This document shows, in pieces, positions 37,841 through 50,545 of a DNA stretch of 64,000 nucleotides (its first letter is position 1; each line of letters opens with the position of its first letter). Where the stretch lies: positions 27,900,001 through 27,964,000 of the forward strand of contig NC_086114.1 in NCBI RefSeq assembly GCF_963921235.1, in the 5' to 3' direction. Source of the stretch: Mobula hypostoma. Its lineage: Eukaryota. The notes beneath the pieces were generated by a model. It saw only the letters and a program-made list of their open reading frames with translations. It ran no database searches and was not told the DNA's origin. The position numbers and the translations under genes were made by a program.

Positions 37841-38242
37841 ACTGGTTAGAGTGTAGACTGTGAAGTGTGCAGTTTGAATGGAATGGGTGTAATTTGGTCA
37901 GGGTGTAGCAGAAATGGGATTGGGCATAGTTGGGTAGGGTGTCATTCAGCTGCTCACATTCTATATCAATGATCTGGATGAAGTCACCAAGTGCTCTATA
38001 TCTGAGACAGCTGATACTGAGCTGGCACTGTGGATTGTTAAAAGGATGCTGAGAGATGTCAAGGGGATATAGACAAGTGAATGGGAGAGCAAATGAATGA
38101 TGGAAAAGACTGCAGGAAAATGTGAGGGTATCCACTTGGAATGTGTTGTAATTGGTGAGAGACATCAATGGTGTTCTGGACATCGTAACAAATTGCTCAA
38201 AGTTAACATGCAGGTCAGGCAAGTGCAAAGTAAGAAAAATGC

Positions 38243-38715
38243 ATAGTGCCTATAAACATTATTTACACCCTCTGGAAGTTTTCATGTTTTATTGCTTTAC
38301 AACACAGTGGATTTAATTTGGCTTTTTTGACACTGATCAACAGAAAAAGTCTCTTTTGTGTTGAAGTGAGAACAAATCTCAACAAAGTGATCTAAATTAA
38401 TTACAAATATGAAACAAAATAATTGATTGCCTAAGTATTCACTGCCCCCGCCCTTTAATATGACACACCAAATCGTCACTGGTGCAGCCAATTGGTTTTA
38501 GAAGTCACATAATCAGTTAAATGGAAATCACCATGTGTAGTCAAGGTGCTTCAATTGATTGTAGTAAAAATACACCTGTATCTGGAAGGTCCAACTGCCA
38601 GTGAGACAGTATCCTAGCAAAAACTACACCATGAAGGCAAAAGTATGTGCCAAGCAACTCTGCAGAAAGGCACAAGTCAGGAGATGGATGTAAGAAAATT
38701 TCCAAGTCACTGAAT
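38243..38715 (+). mobile_element. Tc1-family left-end fragment
   Basis: Terminal agtgcc...att.acaccc with internal direct repeat agtattcac. Transposase start HKSGDGCKKISKSLN. Confidence 0.7.
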
Positions 38716-38799
38716 TTCTGATTCATCCCTGCCTTTCCGAGTCGTTGTTAATCATGTCCCTCAGAATATTTTTGATGACCTACCAACCACATGACACGG

Positions 38800-39255
38800 A
38801 CCTATGAAGAGAGGTTGAGTCGCCTGGGACTATACTCTCTGGAATTCAGAAGAATGAGGGAGGATCTTATAGAAACATACAAAATTTTGAAAGGGATAGA
38901 TAAGATAGAAGTAGGAAAGTTGTTTCCATTGGTAGGTGAGACTAGAACTAGGGGACATTGCCTCAAGATTCAGGGGAGAAGATTTAGGACGGAGATGAGG
39001 AGAAACTATTTTTCTCAGAGAGTGGTGAATCTGTGCAATTCTCTGCCCAGGGAAGCAGTTGAGGCTTCTTCACTAAATATATTTAAGATACAGTTGGATA
39101 GATTTTTACTTAGTAAGGAAATTAAGGGTTATGGGGAAAAGGCAGGTAGATGGAGCTGAGTTTATGGACAGATCAGCCATGATCTTATTGAACGGCGGGG
39201 CACGCTTGATGGGCCAGATGGCCTACTCCTGCTCCTATTTCTTACGTCCTTATTA
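38800..39255 (+). mobile_element. CR1 3' fragment
   Basis: ORF 38791..39159 YEERLSRLGLYSLEFRRMREDLIETYKIL. Confidence 0.92.
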
Positions 39256-40489
39256 TGTTATTATACTACCTTATGTCACACAGCCACACATTCTTCTGCC
39301 ATGCATTCTTTCATGTTGTGCTGCTGTATGTTGCACTTGTCATGCATAGTGTTCTCACACCGTCACACCGTCTCACTGTCACACGGTAACAAGTTGCATT
39401 GTCAAGTTTTTCTGTCACACCTTGCACTGTCAGTGAACACCTTGTGTTGTTCTGCTGCATGTTGCATTGCCATGTGTCACACGGTGCACTCACTTGTACT
39501 GTCAATGGTACTGCTGTTGCTCTACTCCAGGTACTGTAAACCATCGCACTACTGCATGTTATGCTACTTATGGACCGTATCGGATCGACTGCATGAATGT
39601 GGTAAGTGTGCATGTGTGTGCCTGCCAATTGATTGTTTGGTGAATCGATTGGGCCTCTTATGTGCGTGAAGCCCTCTCTTTTCAAGTTTTTGAGTTTTCA
39701 AGTGCGCACATTTTCATCTCGGCAGGCCCGATTCATTGCTCCAACGCTGTAGGTTGCCCAGCGTGTAACGTGGCTACATGGCTCAGTAACAATGTTTAAT
39801 CCTACTGCTCCATTGTCGTTCTTGCTCCACACATATGTAACAATCTGTTTTTTTTCCATGGCGCAGTGTCACGTACTGTATTTCACTGTTGCACGTGTTG
39901 TCAATGACGCAAGCTGCTCTGCTAAGTGTAACAATGTTGTATAACTCTGTGAACTATGTGCTCTCGCACACTGCACTTTGCACTGTCACAGTTTGCATTG
40001 GCAAGTGGTCCCTCGAAGGATCTTCCTTCAAGGATATGGTGGGAACAGGTGACTCAGCCCACCACTTAGACGGAGCTCTGTTCCCTCAGGATCCAGTGAG
40101 AACATGAGCAGAATTTTGTGGGAGGATTTACCATAAGTCAGCTGGAGGATCATGTTGACGCTCCACTGACATTTATTGAATCGAACGGTGCCCTCCACCG
40201 GCCCTGGAGAGACAATGTCATGTGGTAGGACGAGCTGCCTATCGAGCACCTCAGGGCTCCAGTCATTCTCCCTTGCCAGCGGTTTGAGGTGCTCTGTCTG
40301 CTCGGTGTCTGAACAGACTGCACAGTAGAGAAGTGATCTGCATGTCTCAGGGGCTGGTGGCTGAAGTCTGTGATGGTCCTGTCACTTTGGATGTGAGGTG
40401 ATCCCAACTGGGTTGATCCTCACTTAGCCAGAACTTCTCATCGGAGCCAGGCTCCAAAATATTCCTTTGGAACTGGTCCCAAGAAGGAC

Positions 40490-42010
40490 TACAAGGACAG
40501 GCCAAGAAACTACAGATCACCAAGCCTTACATCAGTTTTGAGTCTGAATCAGAATCAGGTTTTATAATCCCTGACATATTTTGTGAAATTTCTCAGGGAT
40601 AAGATTTACAGGGATAAGATTATCGAGGACTGATTAGGGATATGGACAGCATGGAAGGTCATGTCTCACTAATTTGATTGAGTTTTTTGAGGAGATTATC
40701 AAGAGGACCAACATGAACAAGGCAGTGGGCGTTGTCTGCATGAACTTTAGACTTCCAGTATGGTAGGGTGGTCCAGAAGGTAAGATCACAGAGGATCCAT
40801 GGTGAGGGAGCAAATTGGATAGCAATTTGGGGCCACGGTAGCGCAGTGGTTAGTGTGTCACTATTACAGCTTGGGGTATCAGAGTTCAGAGTTTGATTCC
40901 AATGTCGTCTGTAAGGAGACTGCATGTCCTCCCTCTGGAATGCGTGCATTTTCTCTGGGTTCTCCGGTTTCCTCCCACAGTCCAAAAACATACCATTTAG
41001 TAGGTTAATTGGTCATTGTAAATTGTCCCATAATCAGGCTAGGGTTAAATTGGGGGTTGTGGGGCAGTGTGGCTCAAAAGGCCAGAAGGACCTATACTGT
41101 ATCTCTAAATAAATAAATTGGTTTGGTGGTAGAAGGCAAAGGGTTGTAGTGGAGGGTTGTTTTTCAAGTTGGAATGATTTAGAGGAAGATATGAGCAGCA
41201 TGATTAATACATTTTCAAGTAATACCAAAATTAGTGGTATATTGGACAGTGAAGAAGGTTATCTAAGGTTACAGCAGGAATTAAATCAACTGTGAAAGTG
41301 GGCTAGGGAATGGCAGATGAAATTCAACACTGATAAGTACAAAGTGATGCAATTTGGAAAGTTAAACCAGGGCAGGACACATAATGAGGGAGTATTATTG
41401 AACAGTGAGACCTCGAATACAAGAACACAGTTCCCTGGAAGTAATAATACAGGCAGATGGAGTGGTAAGGACAAAGTATGGTATGCTTACCTTCATTGGC
41501 TCAGTCACTGAATTTCAGAGCTGAGAAAACACACAACTGTAGTTAGACGGGCCACACTTGGAATATTATGCACAGTTCTTCATCAACATACCATAGGAAG
41601 GAAGTGATTAAACCAGAGAGTGCAGAAAAGATTCATAAGGATTTTGCCTGGACTTGGAATGCTTGAGTTATAAGGAATGATTGTATAGGCTGGGACATAC
41701 ATTGGGTATATAGTCACAATATTCTTTCCCAGGGTAGGGGCGTCAAAAGAGAGTTTAAGGTGAGAGTGGAAAAATATAAAGGGAGTCTGTGAGCAAGTTT
41801 TTCATACAAAGGATAGTGAGTGTATGGAATGAGCTGCCAGTGGAGATGATAGCAGCATGTATAATTACAGCATTTAAAAAATACATGGATAGGGAGGTTT
41901 TAGACAGAAGTAAACCAGATATAGGCAAATGGGATAAACGTAGACAGGCATCTTGGTCAGCATGGATGAGCTGGGCTGAAGGGCCGGTTTCCATGCTGTA
42001 TACCTCAAAG
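40490..42010 (+). mobile_element. Decayed CR1 with a V-SINE-like insertion at ~40830-41115
   Basis: RT remnants (MKFNTDKYKVMQFG, FFIQRIVSVWNELP). The SINE begins ggggccacggtagcgcagtggttag, a tRNA-like A box. Confidence 0.8.
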
Positions 42011-42814
42011 AAACCTTAAACGTGAACAGACCCTCAGGAATGCACTCCATGCTGTCCCAGACAAAGGCATTTCCTGCACAGACTGTTCCTGCAAACTTTC
42101 CACATCCTCATTCTCACCTGCCATAATGGACAGCTCTGTCATTCAGCAGTAAGAGGTCTCCATACATGGTAGTCCTCCCCCTGTACATTGGGGACCTGCA
42201 GTTGACACCGTAACACAGAGCAATGCCATGAAACGGAGTTTTAGCTGGCTCATGAACTGCGATTTCCGTAGCCTGGAGGACTACATGTTCCATGTTTACA
42301 TGCAATGTGAGGGGTTTCAGCCCCTGCTTTGCATTTAAAGGGGCTGCTCCTCAAGTTCTGGTTGCACCTCAAGCCCCTGTTCTTTATCTTCGGGCTCCAT
42401 ATTCAGTGTCGGGGGGGGGAGTGAAAATTGGTCACAGTACCTCCTCTTTGGTCTGATCCTGGGGCCTGGCCACAGTGCCCATTCGCGGGTCACTTATTCC
42501 ATGTTCACCCATGGTGTGGTCACGTGGTCACACAGTCCACTGACTTAGTTTCCGCTGTATTGCATTTTTCTGTGTATGTTTTCCTATGGACTATCAAACA
42601 CACTACTGATCGTGTTATTGAATCCCTTACACTGTCACACATGAGTCCCGATGAAGACTCTTGGCCCAAAACTTTGACAGTTTAATCCCCGCTCCTCCCC
42701 CCCACCATAGATTCTGCCAGACCTGCGAAATTCCTCCAGCACTTTGGCTGTTGTTTTGATATTATGCTGTCAGATGTTGCTCTGTCATATACTCATTGCT
42801 GTCAGTGGCAAATT

Positions 42815-43138
42815 ATATACACCTGCTCATTAATGCGCACATCCAATCAGCCAATCATGTGGCAGCAACTCAATGCATAAAAGCATGCAGACACGGTCAA
42901 GAGGTTCAGTTTTCATTCAGACCAAACATCAGAATGGAGAACAAATGTGATCTAAGTGACTTTGACCATGGAATGATTGTTGGTGCCAGATGGGGTGGTT
43001 TGAGTATCTCAGAAGCTGCTGATCTCCTGAAATTTTCACGGACAGCAGTCTTTATAGTTTACGGATAATGGTGCAAAAAATTTAAAAATCCAGTGAGCAG
43101 CAGTTCTGTGGGCAATAATGCCTTGTTGATGAGAGAGG
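42815..43138 (+). mobile_element. Tc1-family internal fragment (transposase N-terminus)
   Basis: MENKCDLSDFDHGMIVGARWGGLSISEAADLLKFSRTAV, an HTH-type start. Confidence 0.75.
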
Positions 43139-43434
43139 TTGTTGCCCCATTACTCAGTTATGGTGTTCTGTCACTGTTACAAGCTGTGCTGTCAAGTTGC
43201 GTTGACATATTCCTCTACCAGCCCTATCCCCGACGCACATCACACCGTCACATGTCACAGAATGACATTGCAATGATATCAATGTCGAGCATGTTTGGGC
43301 TCTCCAGCTTCACTGAGGCACACTGTTACACTGTACCCTACCAAAAGTTACATCCTTTTACACGGTGCACCGTTACGCACTAACATTTGTCCAAGTGCAC
43401 AGTCACTGTCGAAAGCTGTGCAGTCACAAGGATG

Positions 43435-43823
43435 CTTAAGGCTGTGAAGGGGGAGGGGGTAAGTCGGCAGGTATCTCATCTGCTGCTCAGTTTGCCTTTG
43501 GGCCTGGCCAAGGTGGCCGTCTGTGGGTCCAGGCAGCAGACAGTCGAGGGCACTGCTCAAGCTGACTGCCTGCCCCTCTTTTTGGGGTTACCTCCATGCC
43601 TGGGTGTCACAAGAGAAGGAGGGCAATGTATCCACAGGTACAATGGGGGATTTCTGGGACCAGAGGGCACCTCAGGGGCTCGTGTGATTTGGAAAATGAT
43701 GACCATATTATAATTTGAAAAGATAAACCATGTAACATGAAATCCTGTAATACTCCATTACTGTGATTTTGTAATTATTGAATAAACCAACTTCATAAAA
43801 CATATTATTGTTGAAAGTTGCAT
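43435..43823 (+). mobile_element. Tx1/L1-like LINE 3' fragment with 13-bp TSD
   Basis: LGLAKVAVCGSRQQTVEG...DCLPLFLG. AATAAA at 43781. agtcacaaggatg repeated at 43422-43434 and 43824-43836. Confidence 0.65.
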
Positions 43824-44079
43824 AGTCACAAGGATGGTTATGTTCTCATTTGAATTTGAATTTTATATATATTCAGGTGGAAATATACATATTGTAAGTG
43901 CATAAATAAACCCTTTTTGCAAAGTTCATACAATGTTAGCCACATCAGATGCATTCCTTGCACCGTCACATGTTGCTGTGGTGTATGTTGAGTGAATAAT
44001 GTCACATGACGAGACATCACACAGTGCTCTTTCACACTCACATACTGACATGGTTTGTTCTGTCACACTATACCTACAT

Positions 44080-44550
44080 GCAGTGCTTCCAGCTGCCTGT
44101 CATTTCTGTGGCTGGGAGGAGCCAGTGTATATATGGAGTGTGAGAGGTTGTAGCCACTGTTGACCGAACAGCAGAAGCACGGGCCGAAGGGCATCCGAAA
44201 CCTGAGGAGCAGCCCCTTCAGGTACGCAAGCATGTGTAGAGAGGGGGTGGGGGTGGGTTTGCTCCTGGGCCTGGCCAAGGTACCATTTAGGGGTCCAGGA
44301 GATGGGCAGTAGAAGTTTCTACCTGAGCCGACTGCCTGCCCCCCTCCTGGGGTTACTTCTGGTGCCTGTATGTCCTTGCAAATGCAGCATGTGGTTTCAA
44401 TGGGTTCAACGGGGAATTTTGAGGAGCTTGAGTGCATTCTGGATAGAAATGACAATCTTATGTTGGAACTATGTTATATACTGTGAATAGTGGAATAGTG
44501 TAATATTGTAGTTATGTGATGCTGTAATCACTGAATGAACATCTTTTCAA
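44080..44550 (+). mobile_element. Tx1/L1-like LINE 3' fragment
   Basis: ttgctcctgggcctggccaagg...gactgcctgccc...ggggttac, homologous to 43490-43600. Confidence 0.6.
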
Positions 44551-44769
44551 ACCACTTTCACATGGTCCACTCTCACACTGGACTCTGTCCCCTGCTCACT
44601 TTCATTGTCGGCAGCGTACGCTCACACCTTGTCCACTGTCACACTATACACTGCCAGATGCTGTGCGTGGTGTGCTTCCACACAGCGGTGCACTGCCACG
44701 TGGCATGTTGTAACGCTAGATGTACTGTCATACTGTCAGTTCTTAGCTGCTCCACAAACCGAGTGATAT

Positions 44770-45730
44770 GTCTACAGCCCCTCATGGTATTGATGGCAGT
44801 GGCCCCACGAATAATTCCTGTGTTCTTTATGACCCACCCAGGTTATCCAGTAAGTGAGGGGGCAGGGAAAGAGGAGGATGTCCCAGTTAACCTCCTCCTG
44901 GGGCAGGCTAAAGCCTGATTTATACTTCTGTGTCAACTCGACGCCGTAAGTACGGCGTCGCTGCAAACCCTACGCAGAGCCGACACGGATCCCTACGCCA
45001 GAGCCTGATGCGCACCTCTCCCAAAATGTAACTACGCATCGCGGCAACGCAGAACGCAACAGCTGTGATTGGTCCACTTGGTAGCATCGCATTTCCTCCT
45101 ACGCTGCAATAGCTTCCCATTGGGCGACTGAAGGGTGGGGAAGGAACTCTGGCTGCGATGCTTTCCATAAAGCTTTACAGACTTCCAAAATTATGGAGAA
45201 CACATTTCGCTTTTACGAAAAAAGACGCTTGCTTTAAGCTTGTTTACCCTGAGAAAGACTACCATGACCATGAAACCTTGCGTGGGCAGGTGTTTGCGCA
45301 TGCGCGACGTGCCCAGATTGCAGAGGGATGCAGACACACCAACGCACAAGTATAAATGCTCACAACGCACGTCAGTCACTTGCGTAGGTTACAGCGTCAA
45401 GTTAACGCAGAAGTATAAATCAGGCTTAAGATAGCTATCCGTGGATCCTGGAGAGGGGCAGCAGAGGGCTCTGACCAGGCTATCAGCCTGATAATGTTCA
45501 GGGGGTATGTATGTGCCTGGGTAGATGTCGAAAAAAAACTTGTGGGATTCACAGGTAACATGGGAGTGTTTCAGAACCATTGGACACCATGGGAGTTAAA
45601 TGCCATCCTTGATGAGGATGGGAATGTGTTAGTTTAATGTATATTAGTTATGATTTGGCTGGTCTTTTGTAATATGATTATATATATGTAAAGAGGTTTG
45701 AATTTGTAATATAAGTTTTGTAACAAAAAT
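44770..45730 (+). mobile_element. Tx1/L1-like LINE 3' fragment interrupted by a MITE
   Basis: EEDVPVNLLLGQAK|IAIRGSWRG reads through once 44912-45429 is removed. Confidence 0.6.
44912..45426. mobile_element. PIF/Harbinger-type MITE (515 bp)
   Basis: TIR agcctgatttatacttctg (19 bp perfect, ~37 bp imperfect). 3-bp TAA TSD at 44909-44911 and 45427-45429. CpG-rich. Confidence 0.9.
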
Positions 45731-46244
45731 AGAATGTGGGCTTTGTGACTTGCTGTCAGTTCCCTTCATGATTTATTCAATTTTGTCCCCTGCAGGAGGA
45801 AATTTATCCCTGCTTTCACTTTGCTCCAGGCCAGAAGGGAAGCTGCCAGTTGCTGGCTGATGACTGACTGCCACATTACTGTTCTGCCTGCTGCTTCGGA
45901 CCACACGACTGGAAGGGCTGAGAGTTGGAGAAAGCATGATGGTGATTGCACCCAAAATACAAGAACAATCCCTCTCTTGTGGAATTCACCCTCACTCTCT
46001 GGCTGATCATCTCTTCTGCTCTCTACTCAAAGACATTCCAGGGTCTACAGCCAGGAGTGTGAACAACTTTGTGGTCAGGTTACTGGAATTAAAATCCACC
46101 AAAAAAGAAGTTCCAGGCCCACCATCCGATGGATCCAGTGAAAATGACATCCAAGTGCATGAAGATGGTCTCTGTGAAATGCAGACAGGTACATATGAAA
46201 ATAGGAGGAGGAGTAGGCAGGCCACTCACCACCACCCCAACCCT

Positions 46245-46785
46245 TCTCCCAAGCTTGCCCTGCCAATCATTATGGCTGATCTATACTGGCCTTAATCCTC
46301 TTCTGTGGAAGTTCCTTCTCACCTTCAATTCCTCAATCTTTCGAGCATTTTCCCATCTGCATCTTAAGTACATCCATCCTTGGAAATAGAGAATTCCAGA
46401 GATTCGCTCTTTTTGGAGAGAAATATCCATGTACCTCAGTTTTAAATGATAGGCCCCTTATCTTGTAAATATGGTCACTTGTTTGTGACTCTCCCACAAG
46501 AGAAAGCATCTCAAAATCTAGCCTGACACAACCCCTTAGGATCACACTTGTTTGAATTAGGTCGTCCCTCATTCTTCTGAACTCCAAGGAGCACAGACCC
46601 AAATTGTCAAGCCTGACTTGATAGGACAATCATTTCATCTCAGGAATTAGCCTGATGAATCTCCTTTGCCTGCCTCCAATGACATCATATCCATCTTTAG
46701 GTAAGTGGACTTCAGTATTCCAGATGTGGCCTCATCAACAAAGTGTACAACTGTAACATAAACCTCTCTATTTTAAAACTCAATT
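46245..46785 (-). mobile_element. Decayed CR1 3' fragment
   Basis: ORF 46333..46629 RLDNLGLCSLEFRRMRDDLIQ...NLWNSL. Confidence 0.85.
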
Positions 46786-47194
46786 AAGTTCATTAAAGGA
46801 TGATCTTGGATTCTCATGAACATCTAGTTTCTCATACAAGTTCATTAAAGATCTAAACGCAATTAATGTAATGGGTTCATAAAGGTCTATATTTAGTTAC
46901 AATCCTATACTATCATCACTAACTATATACTAAAATGGCTGAGCTAGACTCAATGCTTACAGACCATTATTCAAGTGGGCAGCCAATTGCTAGACAATAA
47001 GGCTATAGGCATAGACCAGGAGGCTGGATAACCTGCTGTGATCATCTCCCTAAAACCTTTCCACCATTCATAGGTCAGGACTGTGAGAGCATACTTTCTG
47101 CATGTGCAGATTTGTATGTGTTCATTAACTATCAAGAAACTTAACCCCATCCAAGATAAAACATTTGCTGAACTGTCACCCCACCCAACAACCA

Positions 47195-47560
47195 AGACAC
47201 AAGAAAATAGGAATAGGTGTAAACCACAAGGTTCCTCAAGCCTGGCCTACCATTCAAAATGATCATGGCTGATTGAACCCAGACCTCAACTGCTGCCATC
47301 TGCCAAATCCCCGTGGTTTTCAGTTCCTTGTTCTTTCAAAAATTTATTAATCTTCTGTCATACCTCCTCAGATTCTTAAAAAAACACTCTCCTCTCACCT
47401 TAAATCTATCTCCTCATGTTCTTGATTCCCCAACCGTAGGAAAGAGACTGTGTGCATTCATCCTATCTATGCCCCTCATGATCTTGTACAACAACATAAT
47501 GTCCCTTATTCTCCCACAATCCAATAAATTAAATCCTAGCTTGCTCAATCTCTCCCTCTA
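47195..47560 (-). mobile_element. Decayed CR1 3' fragments
   Basis: Similar to the CR1 tails at 7430-7860. Confidence 0.6.
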
Positions 47561-47895
47561 ATCAGTCCCTATATATTAACATTTTTATTGGCTCTGAGAT
47601 TATTGCCCCCGCTCCCCCAGCTTTTCATCTATCAGTTTCTAGGAGATTCTCAATTCTTGTAAAATCCAGACCACCCTGGAAGTTTCGCAGTCTTACCAAA
47701 AGAAAGATCAAAAGTTGTGCCTGTGTTTTGACATGTTGATGTTCCTAAAAAGACATGGATTCAGCTCCCTGGGCAGGAGCCAGATGGTTCCCACTGGCAT
47801 CCACATCTGTTTGAGAGATGCATTTACGATCCACTCGAGACCCACAAATCACATTTTAACTTTCAGCAGCCCATAAATTTATCAATGATTCACAT

Positions 47896-47901
47896 TTTAT
47901 T
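47896..47901 (-). other. Candidate polyadenylation signal of SYNPO2L (~2.65 kb 3'UTR)
   Basis: AATAAA on the minus strand at the end of a stretch with no recognisable repeats downstream of the stop. Other AATAAA copies exist (e.g. ~48210). Confidence 0.35.
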
Positions 47902-50545
47902 ATTTTACATCAGCAAACATAGCACAAATTGAACATTAAAACCACAATAAATGAGTATAGTTTGCACAAAGTAAGGCTAGACTTTTCAAGAAATAAAGCA
48001 CATCATTTGGTGTTAGTAAAGTGCAGAGCTTCACTTACAGTACCTAAAGTGCCCCAAAGCCAAAACAGGTACGCATGTCATTCATTCACTGACGACTCTC
48101 AGCCCAAAGACGCTCCAGTAAAGCACCCAAACACTGCAAAGGTGCTTTTGTATCGTAATTACTAAGAATTAACAACAAAAGGTGCCGGGAGCACTCAGTA
48201 GTTTGGTTCTTTATTGGTAATTGTCTCTATTATCTATCTTTATCTCTATTTTGGTAATTGCTGGAAGGTTTATACAGAGCCTAACTGTACAAACTACAAT
48301 GAAGGGAGCAATGCAAACAAGATCTTGAGCTAGCATTGATCTCCTGAGCTCATTTTCTTCAAAGCTGAAAGCAATTTAATGGTGATGAAGAATTAAAGCA
48401 TGTGAGATTTACGGCTTACAAATTACAGCAACTTTACTTGCCAAAACTGATATCAAACTTCAGTCTGGCAATGCTAATAATCAAGGCACTTAGCAGTTTT
48501 GTGTGAAACTGCAAATAAAAGTGTAGAATTTCCCTACTGAACTCAAATATTTAATTCTCAGTGGTTGGTCAAAAACCATAGCATGAAGAAAACATTTGCA
48601 AATTATTAACTTTCGCAAATGATTAACCCTTGCATTATCAGACATTACAACCTAAACCAGCTCAAATCATTGAACTAACCCCTAGTTCCATTTACTCTGC
48701 TTCCCATCACTACATACAGAAACCAAGATCATCCATGTCTCATCTGATCCAATCTTCCCTACACCTCCAATCATCAATTCCACCTTTTCTGTCTATAACT
48801 GCTCATATCCTCATAATGTAACCAGTCTATATTCACCTTAGTTATTTTCGTACAAACACAGAAAGTACAGCCAGTTCTATGTCACTTAACACTACAGATT
48901 TTGCACTATTATCCAAAAAGCAGGTTTACCTTTAAGAGTAAGCTCATTATCTTACAATAAGAACTAGAGTCAATACTTGGCCATTCCTGAAGTTAATTCA
49001 GGAACAAATTGGATGATTTGAATTTGAATTTGAATTCTCTCACTGAAATGCTTCAACACACTTACAGAGATGCTTTTCGTCCTGACGTATGGTAGTGCTA
49101 ACATCCAAAGTCTGGTACGTTGTTGATCAGTACCCTGTGTGATCTGGTCAGGTCGTCTACACTCTAATTGGACTGAAGGTGACTACAATCAGCAATGTGT
49201 GTATGTTTAAAACAATGCAGTGGATAGATATTATACTTATCCTTCAGAGCTAAGTGCTATTACACAGCTGATGAATAAATGCTTAACTCTACTTGAAAAG
49301 GATGGTACCAGATGGTTGACGACTCACCCTTCATTTAAATGGAAGATCAATTTGGAAACAAATCTAAACTGAGTTGTGCCAGAGTTAATTCTGTTTCCTT
49401 CAATGTAGATACAATCTCTATCTGAGAAAGCAGGGTCAAGCCATTTCTTTTTGGATTTTCCTGAGATTCTTCTGATGTTTATCTTTACCCTCTGAACTGT
49501 TGTCACTATTACAGTATATTTCACCATAGAAAAGAAAACAATCTAATTGTATTGTTGCATGTCCACAATTGGTGCTATCATTTATAACTCATGTGAGACA
49601 TTACGACCAGAAATATATCTAAATTCATAAACTCCTCCAAAAATATTCTGTCTTGAAATCCTTTCCATTGCCCTGGCAATTTCTGCTTGTTGTTTTGACA
49701 TTTAATATACATTTATTGCATACCACTCCGTAAGATAAAAGGGTGTGTGTGTTTGTGCACGCATGCCTGTTTTAAAGAAAAATCCTTCAAAAAGAAACCA
49801 ACATTACATTACACTTCCATTTTGTTCTCCTAAGGAGACATCCAGGGTAAGGAAAGATGATTGTGTTTTATTAGTCAGAACCTTGGATAGGTTCTAGTAA
49901 ATTATAGCGATGCACAGAGAGACCTCAAAATGACACCATCTCACTCCAATACATTTAAGGATATAAAGAAACTTATTCCTGCAGGTATTGCAACACAACA
50001 CAACAGTATATGCTGGTAAATCCTTAATACAGGGCCATGTGAATAATCACTTAGGTTTAGATTGGCATTTTATTAGAACTAACGAGAAGAATTCTTGACT
50101 CTGTGTCAACAAATCCTGAGTTTGTGTCCCACTCAGAGACTTGACTGCATAATGTACACTGAAGCCAATGAGGTATTGAAGGAGCTCTGGTCCAGCAAAG
50201 GTAATGTAGAGACCACCCCCTCGTCCAACTTGGTGCATGGTGCTTATTTAAAAAAATATTGGGGAGAAATTCTGGGGAGTTGGGTCAATAATCTACCCCT
50301 CATACAAAACCCCAGAACAGGTCATTGTCATACTGCTATTTATGGGAGCTTGCTTTGCACAAAAATTGGCTGCAGTGCCTACTACACTGTGATACACTTC
50401 AAAACTAACAAAACTTGGTATATCCTGAGGTCCAGACAGATAACACATAAATGCAAGTCTTCCTTTCCTTTCGGGATTAGAGTCCTTGTTTTGATGGAAA
50501 ATCTTCATCTATCCACTCAGAATCAAAGTGCATATAAACATACTT

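Larger units (their letters stand above)
39270..44760. repeat. Degenerate TGTCAC(AC)/CACTGT-rich simple-sequence tract, fragmented by insertions
   Basis: Dense motif copies at ~39270-39560, 39850-39995, 42500-42640, 43140-43430, 43950-44075 and 44560-44760. Confidence 0.6.

Noticed and set aside
39301-39685. Cys/His-rich ORFs resembling zinc fingers
   Set aside because: A translation artefact of the TGTCAC-rich simple sequence.
40830-40905. tRNA-like sequence
   Set aside because: It is the head of a SINE, continuing into the V-SINE-like core, and shows no convincing cloverleaf.
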